Part shown: piece after piece, positions 22,836 through 32,299 of the stretch
How the letters are laid out: each line of letters opens with the position of its first letter
Numbering within the stretch: position 1 is the stretch's first letter
Assembly (NCBI GenBank): GCA_019115265.1
Contig: DXDX01000218.1
Span: forward strand, 1-54,276
Reading direction: 5' to 3'
Length of the DNA: 54,276 nt
Source of the DNA: Candidatus Flavonifractor merdigallinarum
GTDB lineage: Bacteria > Bacillota > Clostridia > Oscillospirales > Oscillospiraceae
Program-made: the position numbers and the translations under genes
The notes under the pieces: generated by a model
Told to the model about the DNA's origin: nothing
The model's database searches: none
The model's input: the letters and a program-made list of their open reading frames with translations, nothing else

Positions 22836-25022
22836 ATGATCATCCAAGATAAAACAGAGCGGCTCTTTACCCTCCAGACCCGCAATACCACCTATCAGTT
22901 CAAAGCGGACCGGAACGGGGTCCTGCTTCACACCTACTACGGCCCCAGGATTCAGGGCGGCGATCTCTCCCGGCTGATCCGGTTTGCCGACCGCGGCTTC
23001 TCCCCCAACCCCAATGAGGTGGGAGATAACCGCGCCTACTCCCTGGACACCCTGCCCCAGGAGTACTCCGGCTCGGGGGCGGGCGACTTCCGCCTGTCCT
23101 CGCTGGAGCTGGAGCTGCCCGACGGCAGCTGCGTGGCCGACCTCCGGTATGTGGACGCCCGGCAGCAGAGCGGGAAATATACCCTGGAGGGCCTGCCCGC
23201 CTTCTTCGGCTCTGACAGCGACGCGGATACCCTGGTCGTCACGCTGGAGGACACCGCCGCTCAGGTGCGGGTGGAGCTGTTTTACGGCGTGTTTGAGGCC
23301 TATGACCTGATCACCCGGGCGGTGCGGATTGTAAACTGCGGCGATACGCCGGTGCGGCTGCGCCGGGCCGCCTCCCTGTGCCTGGACTTCCCCAGCGCCA
23401 ACCTGGACTTTATCACCTTTGATGGCGGCCATGTGAAGGAGCGCAAGCCCAACCGGACCCACCTGCGCCCCGGCGTCCAGTCGGTGGGCAGCGTCCGCGG
23501 CATTTCCAGCCACCAGCACAACCCCTTTGTCATGCTGTGCCAGCCCGGCGCCGATGAGGAACACGGTATCTGCTATGGAGCCGCTCTGCTGTACAGCGGC
23601 AACTTTGAGGCCGCGGTGGAGCGCTGCCAGTTTGAGGACGCCCGTCTGACTATGGGGATTCACCCCTTCCACTTCTGCTGGAAGCTGGAGCCCGGCCAGG
23701 TCTTCACCGCCCCCGAGGCCGCACTAGTCTGCTCTCCCGCCGGCTTTGGCCAGATGAGCCGCCAGTTCCACCGGGCCATCCGGGCCCACCTGCTCCGGGA
23801 CGTGTGGGCCAACCGCCGTAAGCCAGTCCTGGTCAACAGCTGGGAGGCCTTTTACTTCGATTACGACCACAATCGGCTGCTCCAGCTGGCCAAGGAATCC
23901 GCTGCGCTGGGTACGGAGCTCTTTGTGCTGGACGACGGCTGGTTCGGCCATCGGGACAGCGACACCAGCAGCCTGGGCGACTGGTGGCCCAATGAGGAGA
24001 AGCTCCCCGGCGGCCTGGGCGCCCTGTCCAAGGAGATCAACGAGCTGGGCATGGAATTCGGTCTGTGGATTGAGCCGGAGATGGTCAGTGAAAACAGCCG
24101 TCTCTATGAGGAGCACCCCGACTGGGTGCTCAATCCCACCGGCCGTCCCTGTACCCGGGGCCGCTGCCAGCTGGTGCTGGACTACACCCGTGAGGAAGTC
24201 CGGGACTACATCTTCCACGCCCTGCAAAAGGTGATGGACTCCGCCAATATTGCCTATCTGAAATGGGACATGAACCGGGCACTCACCCAGGTCTGGTCCG
24301 CCGCCCTGCCCAGCGACCGGCAGGGCGAGGTCTACCACCGCTATGTGCTGGGGGTCTACGACCTGCTGGAGCGGGTGCGGCAGGTCAACCCCAACACCCT
24401 GATTGAGGGCTGTTCCGGCGGCGGCGGCCGGTTTGACATGGGTATGCTGTACTACACGCCCCAGATCTGGTGCAGCGACAACACTGACGCCATCGACCGG
24501 CTCACCATCCAGTATGGCACCTCCTTTGCCTATCCCCCCTCCACCATGGGCGCCCATGTCTCCGCTGTACCCAACGAGCAGACCGGCCGGAGCACCCCGC
24601 TGGAGACCCGGGGCACTGTGGCCCTGTCAGGCACCTTCGGCTATGAGATGGTGCTGGGCTCCCTGTCTGACGAAGAGAAAGCCCTGGTGGTCCAGCAGAT
24701 TGCGGCCTACAAGGAGAGCTATGATCTGATCCAGACCGGAGATTACTACCGGTTGACCGCCCCTTCTCCCGATGGGGCACCCACCGCCTGGCTCCATGTG
24801 TCCCCCGACCGCCGCTCGGCGCTGCTGTGCGTGGTGGCCGGACAGACCCACGCAGGCCCTCCCTTCCGTCTGCTGAAATTGCAGGGCCTGGACCCCGCCC
24901 TCCAGTACCGGCTAACCGGCGACGACACCCCCTGGCCCGGCGATGTCCTGATGCAGGCCGGCTACCCCCTTCCCATGCTGAACGAGTACCAAAGCCTCCG
25001 TCTCTGGCTGAAGGCAGAATGA
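22836..25022 (+). CDS. Alpha-galactosidase (GH36)
   Basis: NSWEAFYF, LFVLDDGWFG, FGLWIEPEM, YLKWDMNR, CSGGGGRFD, WCSDNTDA. Confidence 0.95.
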   Translation: MIIQDKTERLFTLQTRNTTYQFKADRNGVLLHTYYGPRIQGGDLSRLIRFADRGFSPNPNEVGDNRAYSLDTLPQEYSGSGAGDFRLSSLELELPDGSCVADLRYVDARQQSGKYTLEGLPAFFGSDSDADTLVVTLEDTAAQVRVELFYGVFEAYDLITRAVRIVNCGDTPVRLRRAASLCLDFPSANLDFITFDGGHVKERKPNRTHLRPGVQSVGSVRGISSHQHNPFVMLCQPGADEEHGICYGAALLYSGNFEAAVERCQFEDARLTMGIHPFHFCWKLEPGQVFTAPEAALVCSPAGFGQMSRQFHRAIRAHLLRDVWANRRKPVLVNSWEAFYFDYDHNRLLQLAKESAALGTELFVLDDGWFGHRDSDTSSLGDWWPNEEKLPGGLGALSKEINELGMEFGLWIEPEMVSENSRLYEEHPDWVLNPTGRPCTRGRCQLVLDYTREEVRDYIFHALQKVMDSANIAYLKWDMNRALTQVWSAALPSDRQGEVYHRYVLGVYDLLERVRQVNPNTLIEGCSGGGGRFDMGMLYYTPQIWCSDNTDAIDRLTIQYGTSFAYPPSTMGAHVSAVPNEQTGRSTPLETRGTVALSGTFGYEMVLGSLSDEEKALVVQQIAAYKESYDLIQTGDYYRLTAPSPDGAPTAWLHVSPDRRSALLCVVAGQTHAGPPFRLLKLQGLDPALQYRLTGDDTPWPGDVLMQAGYPLPMLNEYQSLRLWLKAE

Positions 25023-25025
25023 GCA

Positions 25026-25060
25026 AAAGAGCTGGCCGCACAATCAGCGGCCAGCTCTTT
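25026..25060. terminator. Bidirectional terminator
   Basis: AAAGAGCTGGCCGC / GCGGCCAGCTCTTT between convergent genes. Confidence 0.8.
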
Positions 25061-25067
25061 CCCTTCC

Positions 25068-25937
25068 TCATGGTCCTTTTTCGGTGTGATGCTTTCGGTT
25101 CTGGGCCCGCCATTTCTGGGGCGGGATGCCGTAGTGCTTCTTGAACGCCCGGGAGAAGTGGAACTGGTTGGAATATCCGCACCGGACGGCGATCTCTCCA
25201 ATGGCCATGTTGCTGCTGCACATCAGCTCCATGGCTTTGGCCAGCCGCACCCGGATCAAAAACTCCTGGGGCGGACAGCCCACGTTGTCTTTAAACAGTT
25301 TGCTGAAATAGCTGCGGTTGAGGCGGCAGGTATCGGCCACCTCCTCCACCGTCAGGTTCCGCTGATAATTCTGCTCGATGTAGTTGACCGCCTCCTGGAT
25401 ATAGAAGTCCTTCAGCTGGTTCTCCTGGGCGCTCACCCGGGTGGAGGAGGACTGCATCAGCGCATCCACAAGCAGATACAGATACCCCAGCAGGTGCATG
25501 GCGGGGGCGTCGGAGTGATCCGCGATGTAGAGCATCAGGTCCCGGACCCGGTTGCTCTGGGCCTCGTCATCCGCCCGGTAAATGGGATGGGCGGCAGTCA
25601 ATCCGGCATAGCGCAGGGACTCCGAAGCCCGCAGGCCATCAAACTCAATCCAGACGTACTTCCATGGATGATTTCCATCGGCACGATAGGTATTGATCAA
25701 ACCGGGACAGATCAGGAAGCCCTGTCCGGCCTGCACCTCATACCGGCGGGTAGTCACCCCATCCTCTCCGTTGGCATCCAGGATACCCCGTCCGGAAATC
25801 ACATAGTGGAACAGATAGTGATTGCGGATAAAGGGGCCGAAGGAGTGCAGCGGCGCACACTGCTCATAGCCGTACTGGTAGATCCGCAAATCCAGAAAGT
25901 TTTCGTTGGGAAAGATGGAAAAGGAGAAGTCTCCCAT
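25068..25937 (-). CDS. AraC family regulator (MsmR/MelR-like)
   Basis: Cupin N-terminus GYEQC.P.HSFGP..R.HYLFHYVISG.G plus C-terminal HTH FSRAFKKHYG. Confidence 0.9.
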   Translation of the reverse strand: MGDFSFSIFPNENFLDLRIYQYGYEQCAPLHSFGPFIRNHYLFHYVISGRGILDANGEDGVTTRRYEVQAGQGFLICPGLINTYRADGNHPWKYVWIEFDGLRASESLRYAGLTAAHPIYRADDEAQSNRVRDLMLYIADHSDAPAMHLLGYLYLLVDALMQSSSTRVSAQENQLKDFYIQEAVNYIEQNYQRNLTVEEVADTCRLNRSYFSKLFKDNVGCPPQEFLIRVRLAKAMELMCSSNMAIGEIAVRCGYSNQFHFSRAFKKHYGIPPQKWRAQNRKHHTEKGP

Positions 25938-26104
25938 GTGGTGTTCCTCCTGACCATATCAAAATATCCGTCTTTAGTATAGCATAGAACCCATTGAGAG
26001 GCACATCATTTCTTTTCCATGGCAATCACACTCTGAATATCTCCAGCTCCTTCTGCTGTCCTGCCATGAACCAGGCATTCGAAGGGGGATAGAACAGCAA
26101 AAAC

Positions 26105-26142
26105 AAAAAAGTACCGCAATCCATTGGATTGCGGTACTTTTT
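26105..26142 (-). terminator. Terminator of the tRNA transcript
   Basis: A6-GTACCGCAATCC-ATT-GGATTGCGGTAC-T5 immediately 3' of tRNA-Met. Confidence 0.88.
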
Positions 26143-26143
26143 C

Positions 26144-26220
<77 letters not shown>

Positions 26221-26223
26221 ATA

Positions 26224-26312
26224 TGGTGCCGGAGACCGGGGTCGAACCGGCACGGGATTTGAGTCCCACAGGATTTTAAGTCCCGGGCGTCTACCAATTC
26301 CGCCACTCCGGC
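26224..26312 (-). tRNA. tRNA-Leu(TAA)
   Basis: GCCGGAGTGGCGGAATTGGTAGAC...GACTTAAAATC, long variable arm, GGTTCGACCCC, encoded CCA. Confidence 0.95.
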
Positions 26313-26351
26313 ATCTTCCGGTTTCTCATGCATCTCGCTGAGTGCTAAGAT

Positions 26352-26380
26352 AGAATAACACATCCCCCCGCCTTTGTCAA
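26352..26380 (-). promoter_or_regulatory. sigmaA promoter for the tRNA pair
   Basis: TTGACA-17bp-TATTCT on the minus strand. Confidence 0.75.
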
Positions 26381-26491
26381 CCCCTCTTTTGAAAAATGTT
26401 CAATCCGAAGTTCCTTCCACTCTTGCCAGCTCAGGCAAATTGTGGTATAAGAGGAACCAGCAAGTTCAAACTGGATGGAGGAGGGGCGCAT

Positions 26492-27415
26492 ATGGAAATT
26501 CTGGCCATCGTGCTGCCGGTCTTTCTGATTTTGGGTCTGGGCATGCTCTGCGGCCGCCTTGGGCTTATCGCCCGGGAGGGGATGGAGGGCATCAAACAGC
26601 TGGCCACCAGCTTTCTGCTGCCCGTGGTGCTGGTCAACGCTCTGGGCACTGCGGAGTACAGCCCAGCCACTCTGCTGCTGGTGGGGGTGATGCTGCTGGT
26701 GCTCACCGCCGCTCTGCTGGCGGGTTATCTGCTCCGGCCTCTGCTGGGCAGGCGGGGGACATATCTCCCCTTCCTCACCACCACCTATGAGGGGGGAATG
26801 ATGGCCTATCCCCTCTACATCGCCCTGTGCGGGGCGGGGGCGCTGTCCAACATCGCCGCGCTGGATATGGCAAACTGTGTGTTTACCTTTACTGTCTATC
26901 TGGCCCTCATCACCGCCACTGGACAGGGCCGCTGCTCGGGCCGCGACCTGCTGCACACAGTGCTGCGGGCACCTGCCATGTACGGTGTGGCGCTGGGCAT
27001 CCTGCTGGGGGCCACCGGGCTGCTGCCCACCCTTCTAGCCAGTCCGGCGGCGCCAGTCTATCAGGCCGCGATTGACATGCTCACAACCCCGGTGTCCGCC
27101 CTGATTCTCTTCTGTGTGGGCTATGATTTGCGTCTGGACCGGCAGGTGCTCTCCGCCGCCGGGCTCACCGCCCTGTTCCGCCTGCTCCTTCAGACCGCCC
27201 TGCTGGCGGTGGTATGGTTCCTCCTCTCCCCCCTTTTCGCCGTCCGGGAGCAGCAGATTGCCCTCGTCCTCTACCTCTACATGCCCCCCTGCTTCATGGC
27301 CCCGCTCTACGCCCAGGGGGAAAACCACAAGGCCTACGCCTCCACCGCCCTCTCCCTCTATACCCTTCTCTCGCTGGTGGCCTTCACCCTTATCACCGCA
27401 TTTTTTGCCGCTTGA
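26492..27415 (+). CDS. AEC (auxin efflux carrier)-like membrane transporter
   Basis: VLPVFLILGLG start, about 10 TM segments, LILFCVGYDL, MPP motif; ATG 26492 after GGAGGAGG. Confidence 0.75.
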   Translation: MEILAIVLPVFLILGLGMLCGRLGLIAREGMEGIKQLATSFLLPVVLVNALGTAEYSPATLLLVGVMLLVLTAALLAGYLLRPLLGRRGTYLPFLTTTYEGGMMAYPLYIALCGAGALSNIAALDMANCVFTFTVYLALITATGQGRCSGRDLLHTVLRAPAMYGVALGILLGATGLLPTLLASPAAPVYQAAIDMLTTPVSALILFCVGYDLRLDRQVLSAAGLTALFRLLLQTALLAVVWFLLSPLFAVREQQIALVLYLYMPPCFMAPLYAQGENHKAYASTALSLYTLLSLVAFTLITAFFAA

Positions 27416-27440
27416 GGACAAGTTTGGCGGATTTGACCCT

Positions 27441-27536
27441 TTGACTTTTCTTTCTGTGGAGGCTATAATCAGGTTGCGTGTAGCGAATCGCCATCGGCAA
27501 AGCGTGTAATGACTTCTGGTCATTACACGCTTTTTT
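27441..27536 (+). promoter_or_regulatory. sigmaA promoter plus 5' leader containing an intrinsic terminator (putative attenuator)
   Basis: TTGACT-17-TATAAT (27441-27469), then GCGTGTAATGAC/GTCATTACACGC stem + T6 (27502-27536) before the RBS. Confidence 0.65.
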
Positions 27537-27557
27537 CTTTGAAGGGAGTGTTCGATT

Positions 27558-28052
27558 ATGCCGAAAAGCAAGCTGCAAGGGATTATTTTTGGCCTTCTCA
27601 TGTCCATCACCATGGCCTATGGAATGGAGGTCTACAATGTGGCGCTGAAAGCGGGAGGCCTCTCCCAGATGACCAACCAGGTCTTTTGGGACGCCCTGCT
27701 GGAGACGGGGTATATGTGGCTCCTCGTCTTTCTCTTCTCCAATCTCTGGGGCAACCGGCTGGGGCAGGCCCTGGCCGCCCGTCTGGTGCGGGAGGGAGAC
27801 AATCCCTGCCTGGACATGGTCCTCCGCTCCGTCTGTACGGTGCTGGTGATGTGCCCCACCATGAGCGCCGTAGCGGCTGTGCTCTTCTCGGTGCTCCTGG
27901 GGGGCGGAGCGTGGAGCCAGCTGCCCGCCTACTGGGTGGGGACGCTGCTGAAAAACTTCCCCATGGCCCTGCTCTGGAATCTCTTCGCCGCCGGGCCGGT
28001 AAGCCGTCTGCTGCTGCGCCGGCTCTTCTCTCGCACTCCCGCCGCCGCGTAG
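27558..28052 (+). CDS. DUF2798-like membrane protein
   Basis: MPKSK.Q..IF.LLM start, MCPTMS, NFPMAL.W..F.AGP.SR.L pattern; 4 TM segments. Confidence 0.72.
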   Translation: MPKSKLQGIIFGLLMSITMAYGMEVYNVALKAGGLSQMTNQVFWDALLETGYMWLLVFLFSNLWGNRLGQALAARLVREGDNPCLDMVLRSVCTVLVMCPTMSAVAAVLFSVLLGGGAWSQLPAYWVGTLLKNFPMALLWNLFAAGPVSRLLLRRLFSRTPAAA

Positions 28053-28058
28053 CTTCTC

Positions 28059-28508
28059 TCAGTCCTGCTCCCCGGTGTGGCAGCAGCCATGGTCACAGCT
28101 GGCGCAGTCGGGGAACTGGCTGCGGTCGTATGCAATCCCCTGCCGCTCGTAGTAGTCCTGAATGGCGGACTTGATGGCCTCCTCCGCCAGCACCGAGCAG
28201 TGCATCTTGTGGGGAGGCAGACCCTCCAGCGCCTGAGCCACGGCCTGATTGGTCAGCTGCAGCGCCTCCTGGAGGGGCTTTCCCTTGATGAGCTCTGTGG
28301 CCATAGAGCTGGAGGCGATGGCCGAGCCGCAGCCAAAGGTCTCAAACTTTACATCCTCAATGGTATCATCCTGAATTTTCAGGTAAATCTTCATAATATC
28401 GCCGCACTTAGCGTTGCCCACCTCACCTACGCCGTTGGCGTCAGGGAGGACTCCCACGTTGCGGGGGTGGCGGAAGTGGTCCATAACCGTTTCACTATAC
28501 AGTGCCAT
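28059..28508 (-). CDS. nifU: Fe-S cluster scaffold protein (NifU/IscU)
   Basis: YSETVMDHF.HPRNVG, CGDIM, FGCGSAIASSS, KMHCSVLA. Confidence 0.95.
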   Translation of the reverse strand: MALYSETVMDHFRHPRNVGVLPDANGVGEVGNAKCGDIMKIYLKIQDDTIEDVKFETFGCGSAIASSSMATELIKGKPLQEALQLTNQAVAQALEGLPPHKMHCSVLAEEAIKSAIQDYYERQGIAYDRSQFPDCASCDHGCCHTGEQD

Positions 28509-28519
28509 AATGCTCTCCT

Positions 28520-29710
28520 TTACTGAATGACAAAGTCCCGTTTTCCGTTCTCCAAATCCCGCCACACCGGGGACATGCCCCGCAGGGCGGCCACCACCTC
28601 GGTGACGGCCTGGAGAATCTCCTCCACCTCTTCCGGGGTGTTCTCCACATCCAGGGTGAGGCGCAGGGAGCCATGTGCAATCTCATGGGGCCGGCCCAGG
28701 GCCAGCAGCACATGGCTGGGGTCCAGCGAGCCGGAGGTACAGGCCGAGCCGGAGGATGCCGCGATGCCCCGGTCGTCCAGCATCAGCAGCAGGGACTCTC
28801 CCTCAATGCCCTCAAAGCAGAAGTGGACATTGCCCGGCAGTCGGTGGGTGCGGTCACCGTTGAGAATGGAGTGGGGGATGCGCTCCAGCCCCGCGATGAG
28901 CTGGTCCCGCAGGGCAGTCAGGTGCTCCCTCTCCTGCTCCATCCGCTCGCAGGACTCGTCCAGCGCGGCGGCCATCCCCACAATGCCGGGGATATTTTCC
29001 GTGCCGGCCCGCTTGCCCCGCTCCTGTCCGCCGCCGCAGATGAGGCTGCGCAGGGCCACCCCCCGGCGGGCATACAGGGCTCCCACCCCTTTGGGGCCGT
29101 GGAATTTGTGGGCCGAGAGGGAGAGAAGGTCGATGTTATCCTCCTCCACCTGAATGGGCAGATGGCCCACCGCCTGGACCGCGTCGGTGTGGAAGAGCAC
29201 CTGGTGGGCGCGGCAGACGGCTCCAATCTCCCGGATAGGCTGAATGGTGCCAATCTCGTTGTTGGCGTACATCACACTCACCAGGCAGGTGTCCGGGCGG
29301 ATGGCCGCCTCCACCTGCTCCGGGGTAACCCGTCCGTTCTCTCCCACGTCCAGCAGGGTGACGGAGAACCCCTCCTCCTTCAGCGCATCCAGAGTGTGGA
29401 GCACCGCGTGGTGCTCAAAGGCGGTGGAGATGATGTGCCGCTTGTTCTTCCGGGCGCCCAGCCAGGCTGCGGAGCGGATGGCCTGGTTGTCCGCCTCACT
29501 GCCGCCGGAGGTAAAGGTGATCTCCCGGGGTGTACAGCCCAGGCGTCGGGCAATCCGCCCCCGGGCCTCTTCCAGCGCCTCCGCCGCCCGCTGTCCCTCG
29601 GAGTGCAGACTGGAGGGGTTGCCGTACCCCCCCTCCAGATAGGGCAGCATGGCCTCCAGTGCCGTCTTGCTCAGAGGGGTCGTCGCGGCGTGGTCGGCGT
29701 AAATCCTCAT
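28520..29710 (-). CDS. nifS: Cysteine desulfurase (NifS/IscS)
   Basis: YADHAATT, GNPSS, HTDAVQA, SAHKFHGPKG, SSGSACTS. Confidence 0.95.
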   Translation of the reverse strand: MRIYADHAATTPLSKTALEAMLPYLEGGYGNPSSLHSEGQRAAEALEEARGRIARRLGCTPREITFTSGGSEADNQAIRSAAWLGARKNKRHIISTAFEHHAVLHTLDALKEEGFSVTLLDVGENGRVTPEQVEAAIRPDTCLVSVMYANNEIGTIQPIREIGAVCRAHQVLFHTDAVQAVGHLPIQVEEDNIDLLSLSAHKFHGPKGVGALYARRGVALRSLICGGGQERGKRAGTENIPGIVGMAAALDESCERMEQEREHLTALRDQLIAGLERIPHSILNGDRTHRLPGNVHFCFEGIEGESLLLMLDDRGIAASSGSACTSGSLDPSHVLLALGRPHEIAHGSLRLTLDVENTPEEVEEILQAVTEVVAALRGMSPVWRDLENGKRDFVIQ

Positions 29711-29820
29711 GGTGTTTCCTTCCTTTCTACTCAACAGACGGCTGTACACGCCGCTGTATCCGGTTGTTTCATCGATTCTCTATCTCGTGGGCGGTCTGTT
29801 CCGCTTGTCTCACATCTCAT

Positions 29821-29880
29821 TTTCCCTAGTATTTTAGTGGGATTATAATAGCATTTATTTCCCACTTTGTCAATAGGTTT
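29821..29880 (-). promoter_or_regulatory. nifS promoter with two Rrf2(IscR)-like operator boxes
   Basis: Minus strand TTGACA-17-TATTAT with TG extension; imperfect palindromes AAACCTATTGACAAAGTGGGAAAT and AATCCCACTAAAATACTAGGGAAA. Confidence 0.6.
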
Positions 29881-29949
29881 TCTAGGCTTTGAACCTCCTC
29901 TTTTTCCCCTGTTTCTCCGTAATCTTTTTCTGAATTCAAATTAAATCTC

Positions 29950-29976
29950 TTAATAATCGACGGATTCGGTCGATAA
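29950..29976 (+). promoter_or_regulatory. Putative sigma28 (SigD/FliA) promoter of the chemoreceptor gene
   Basis: TTAA-N15-GTCGATAA resembles TAAA-N15-GCCGATAA. Confidence 0.5.
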
Positions 29977-30126
29977 TCAAGAATAGAAGGATATAGGTAT
30001 AGACTGCGGCGGCGCAGATGGACAGATGGGGAGTCCATCTCCCACGCACTGCGTTTTGGAGGGAACCGATCTGCTCTGCCCTCCCGGCTGGACCGGCAGT
30101 CTAAAATTGACTGGGGAGGCTTCCTT

Positions 30127-32103
30127 ATGAAGAGTATCCGGCAAAAACTATTGGTCAGTTTCCTGGCACTGGTAACCGTCGCCGCGTTGCTGTGCGGAGG
30201 CGTCGGCATTCTCACAAACTATACCAGTGCATCCGCCCTTCTGGAACAGCAGCTGACCACCACCGCCAAACTAGCCGGTGAGCGGGTGTCTTATGAACTT
30301 CTTTCCTACAAAAACGCCATTGAGGCTCTGGGCCTCATTGCTCGTCTCAGCAGCCCCGATGTGTCGGTAGCGGAGAAAGAGCAGATTGTGGACCAGTGGG
30401 CTACCAGCTACGGTATGGTACGCGGCAATCTGCTGGATGTCAACGGCAACAGCCTCTTTGACGGCAACAACTATGCCGACCGGGATTACGTCCAGGAGGC
30501 TTTGAAGGGCAATACCTACATCTCCACCCCCACCATCAGCAAGGTTACCGGTGAGCTCTCCATCATGGTGGCCGCTCCCCTCTGGCAGGACGGCGTGGCG
30601 GACAGCACCGTGGTCGGCGTGGTCTATGTGGTTCCCCCGGAGACCTTCCTCAACGACATTATGGCCTCCATCCATGTCAGTGAAAATGGCGCGGCCTATA
30701 TGATCAGCAAAGACGGCACCACCATTGCCGATGTCACACTGGATACCGTGGCGGTTCAGAATATTGAAAATGAGGCCCAGTCCGATTCCTCTCTGAATAA
30801 GCTGGCCGCCATCCACGCCGACATGCGCGCGGGGAACAGTGGATTTGGCAAGTACACCATCAACGGAATCAGCAAGTGCGTCGGCTACGCCCCTGTGGCG
30901 GGCACTGACGACTGGAGCATCGGCGTCACCTCCTACACCAGCGACTTTATGGGCGCCACTTACAGCAGCATTATTGTGATTTTGATTCTGCTGGTGCTGG
31001 TCCTGGTGGCCTCCTCTCTGATTGCGTTCCGCATTGCAACTGGTATCAGCAATCCGATCCGCGCCTGTGCCGAGCGCTTGAGCCTGCTGGCCCAGGGCGA
31101 TCTCAACTCGGAAACCCCGCACTTTGAGCGCAAGGACGAAATCGGCACACTTTCCCAGGCCACTCTCTCCATTGTGGAGTGCTTGCAGGAGGTTATCGGC
31201 GATATCGACTACCTGCTGGATGAGATGTCCAACGGCAACTTCAATGTCAAAACCCGTGGCGACGAGATCTACCGCGGTGATATTTTCGAGGTACTCAAAT
31301 CCATCCGCAAGATTAACCGCGGCCTGAGCAGAACCCTGTCCCAGATCAACACCGCGGCGGAGCAGGTCTCTGCCGGTGCGGAGCAGGTCTCCTCCGGAGC
31401 CCAGGCTCTGGCTCAGGGCGCCACCGAGCAGGCCAGCGCGGTGCAGGAGCTGTCCGCCACAGTCGCGGAAATCAACTCCGGCGTCCAGCAGAACAGCGCG
31501 GCGGCCAAGGAGGCTATGGACAAGGCCAACAAGGCCGGCGAGCAGGTCACCCTGAGCGATCAGAAGATGGAAGAGCTGCGCCAGGCCATGACCACCATTC
31601 TGGAGGGCCATCAGGAGATTGGCCAGATCATTGCCACCATCGAGAATATCGCGTTCCAGACCAATATTCTGGCTCTGAACGCGGCGGTGGAGGCCGCCCG
31701 GGCCGGTACCGCCGGCAAGGGCTTTGCCGTGGTGGCCGACGAGGTGCGCAATCTGGCCTCCAAGTCCGACCAGGCCGCCAAGCAGACCAAGGAGCTTATT
31801 GAGCACTCCGCCCAGAACGTGGAGACCGGCAGCCGCCTGAGTGAAGAGGCCAGCGCGGCTCTGAACCAGACCAAGGAGCTGACCAGCGGTATGCTGCAGC
31901 TGATTGACCAGGTTGCTAATAATGTCATTGCCGAGGCCAACTCCATGGCCCAGGTGAGCGAGGGCATTGACCAGATCTCCAGCGTGGTGCAGACCAACTC
32001 GGCCACCGCGGAGGAGAGCGCCGCGGCCAGCGAGGAGCTGTCCGGCCAGTCCCAGCTTCTGAAGGAGCTGGTGGGCCAGTTCACCCTGCGTACCGATACC
32101 TAA
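30127..32103 (+). CDS. Methyl-accepting chemotaxis protein (Cache sensor, HAMP)
   Basis: Two TM segments, Cache-like DRDY...[19 protein letters not shown], signalling [20 protein letters not shown]. Confidence 0.95.
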   Translation: MKSIRQKLLVSFLALVTVAALLCGGVGILTNYTSASALLEQQLTTTAKLAGERVSYELLSYKNAIEALGLIARLSSPDVSVAEKEQIVDQWATSYGMVRGNLLDVNGNSLFDGNNYADRDYVQEALKGNTYISTPTISKVTGELSIMVAAPLWQDGVADSTVVGVVYVVPPETFLNDIMASIHVSENGAAYMISKDGTTIADVTLDTVAVQNIENEAQSDSSLNKLAAIHADMRAGNSGFGKYTINGISKCVGYAPVAGTDDWSIGVTSYTSDFMGATYSSIIVILILLVLVLVASSLIAFRIATGISNPIRACAERLSLLAQGDLNSETPHFERKDEIGTLSQATLSIVECLQEVIGDIDYLLDEMSNGNFNVKTRGDEIYRGDIFEVLKSIRKINRGLSRTLSQINTAAEQVSAGAEQVSSGAQALAQGATEQASAVQELSATVAEINSGVQQNSAAAKEAMDKANKAGEQVTLSDQKMEELRQAMTTILEGHQEIGQIIATIENIAFQTNILALNAAVEAARAGTAGKGFAVVADEVRNLASKSDQAAKQTKELIEHSAQNVETGSRLSEEASAALNQTKELTSGMLQLIDQVANNVIAEANSMAQVSEGIDQISSVVQTNSATAEESAAASEELSGQSQLLKELVGQFTLRTDT

Positions 32104-32118
32104 TCTCCGTACAAACGC

Positions 32119-32157
32119 AACCGGCCGAATGTCCGTTGGACATTCGGCCGGTTTTTT
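32119..32157 (+). terminator. Intrinsic terminator after the MCP gene
   Basis: AACCGGCCGAATGTCC / GGACATTCGGCCGGTT + T run. Confidence 0.88.
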
Positions 32158-32299
32158 GATCTCTTTTGGCAAACACGTGTGTCCACTGCCACAATTCTGC
32201 ATCTTGTGTATATACACATGTAGTTTTGCACAAATTCTTGCAGACAAGAAAATCCTGTGCTATAATTGATTTCTCCAGATAAAAAATAAGGAGTATGCC

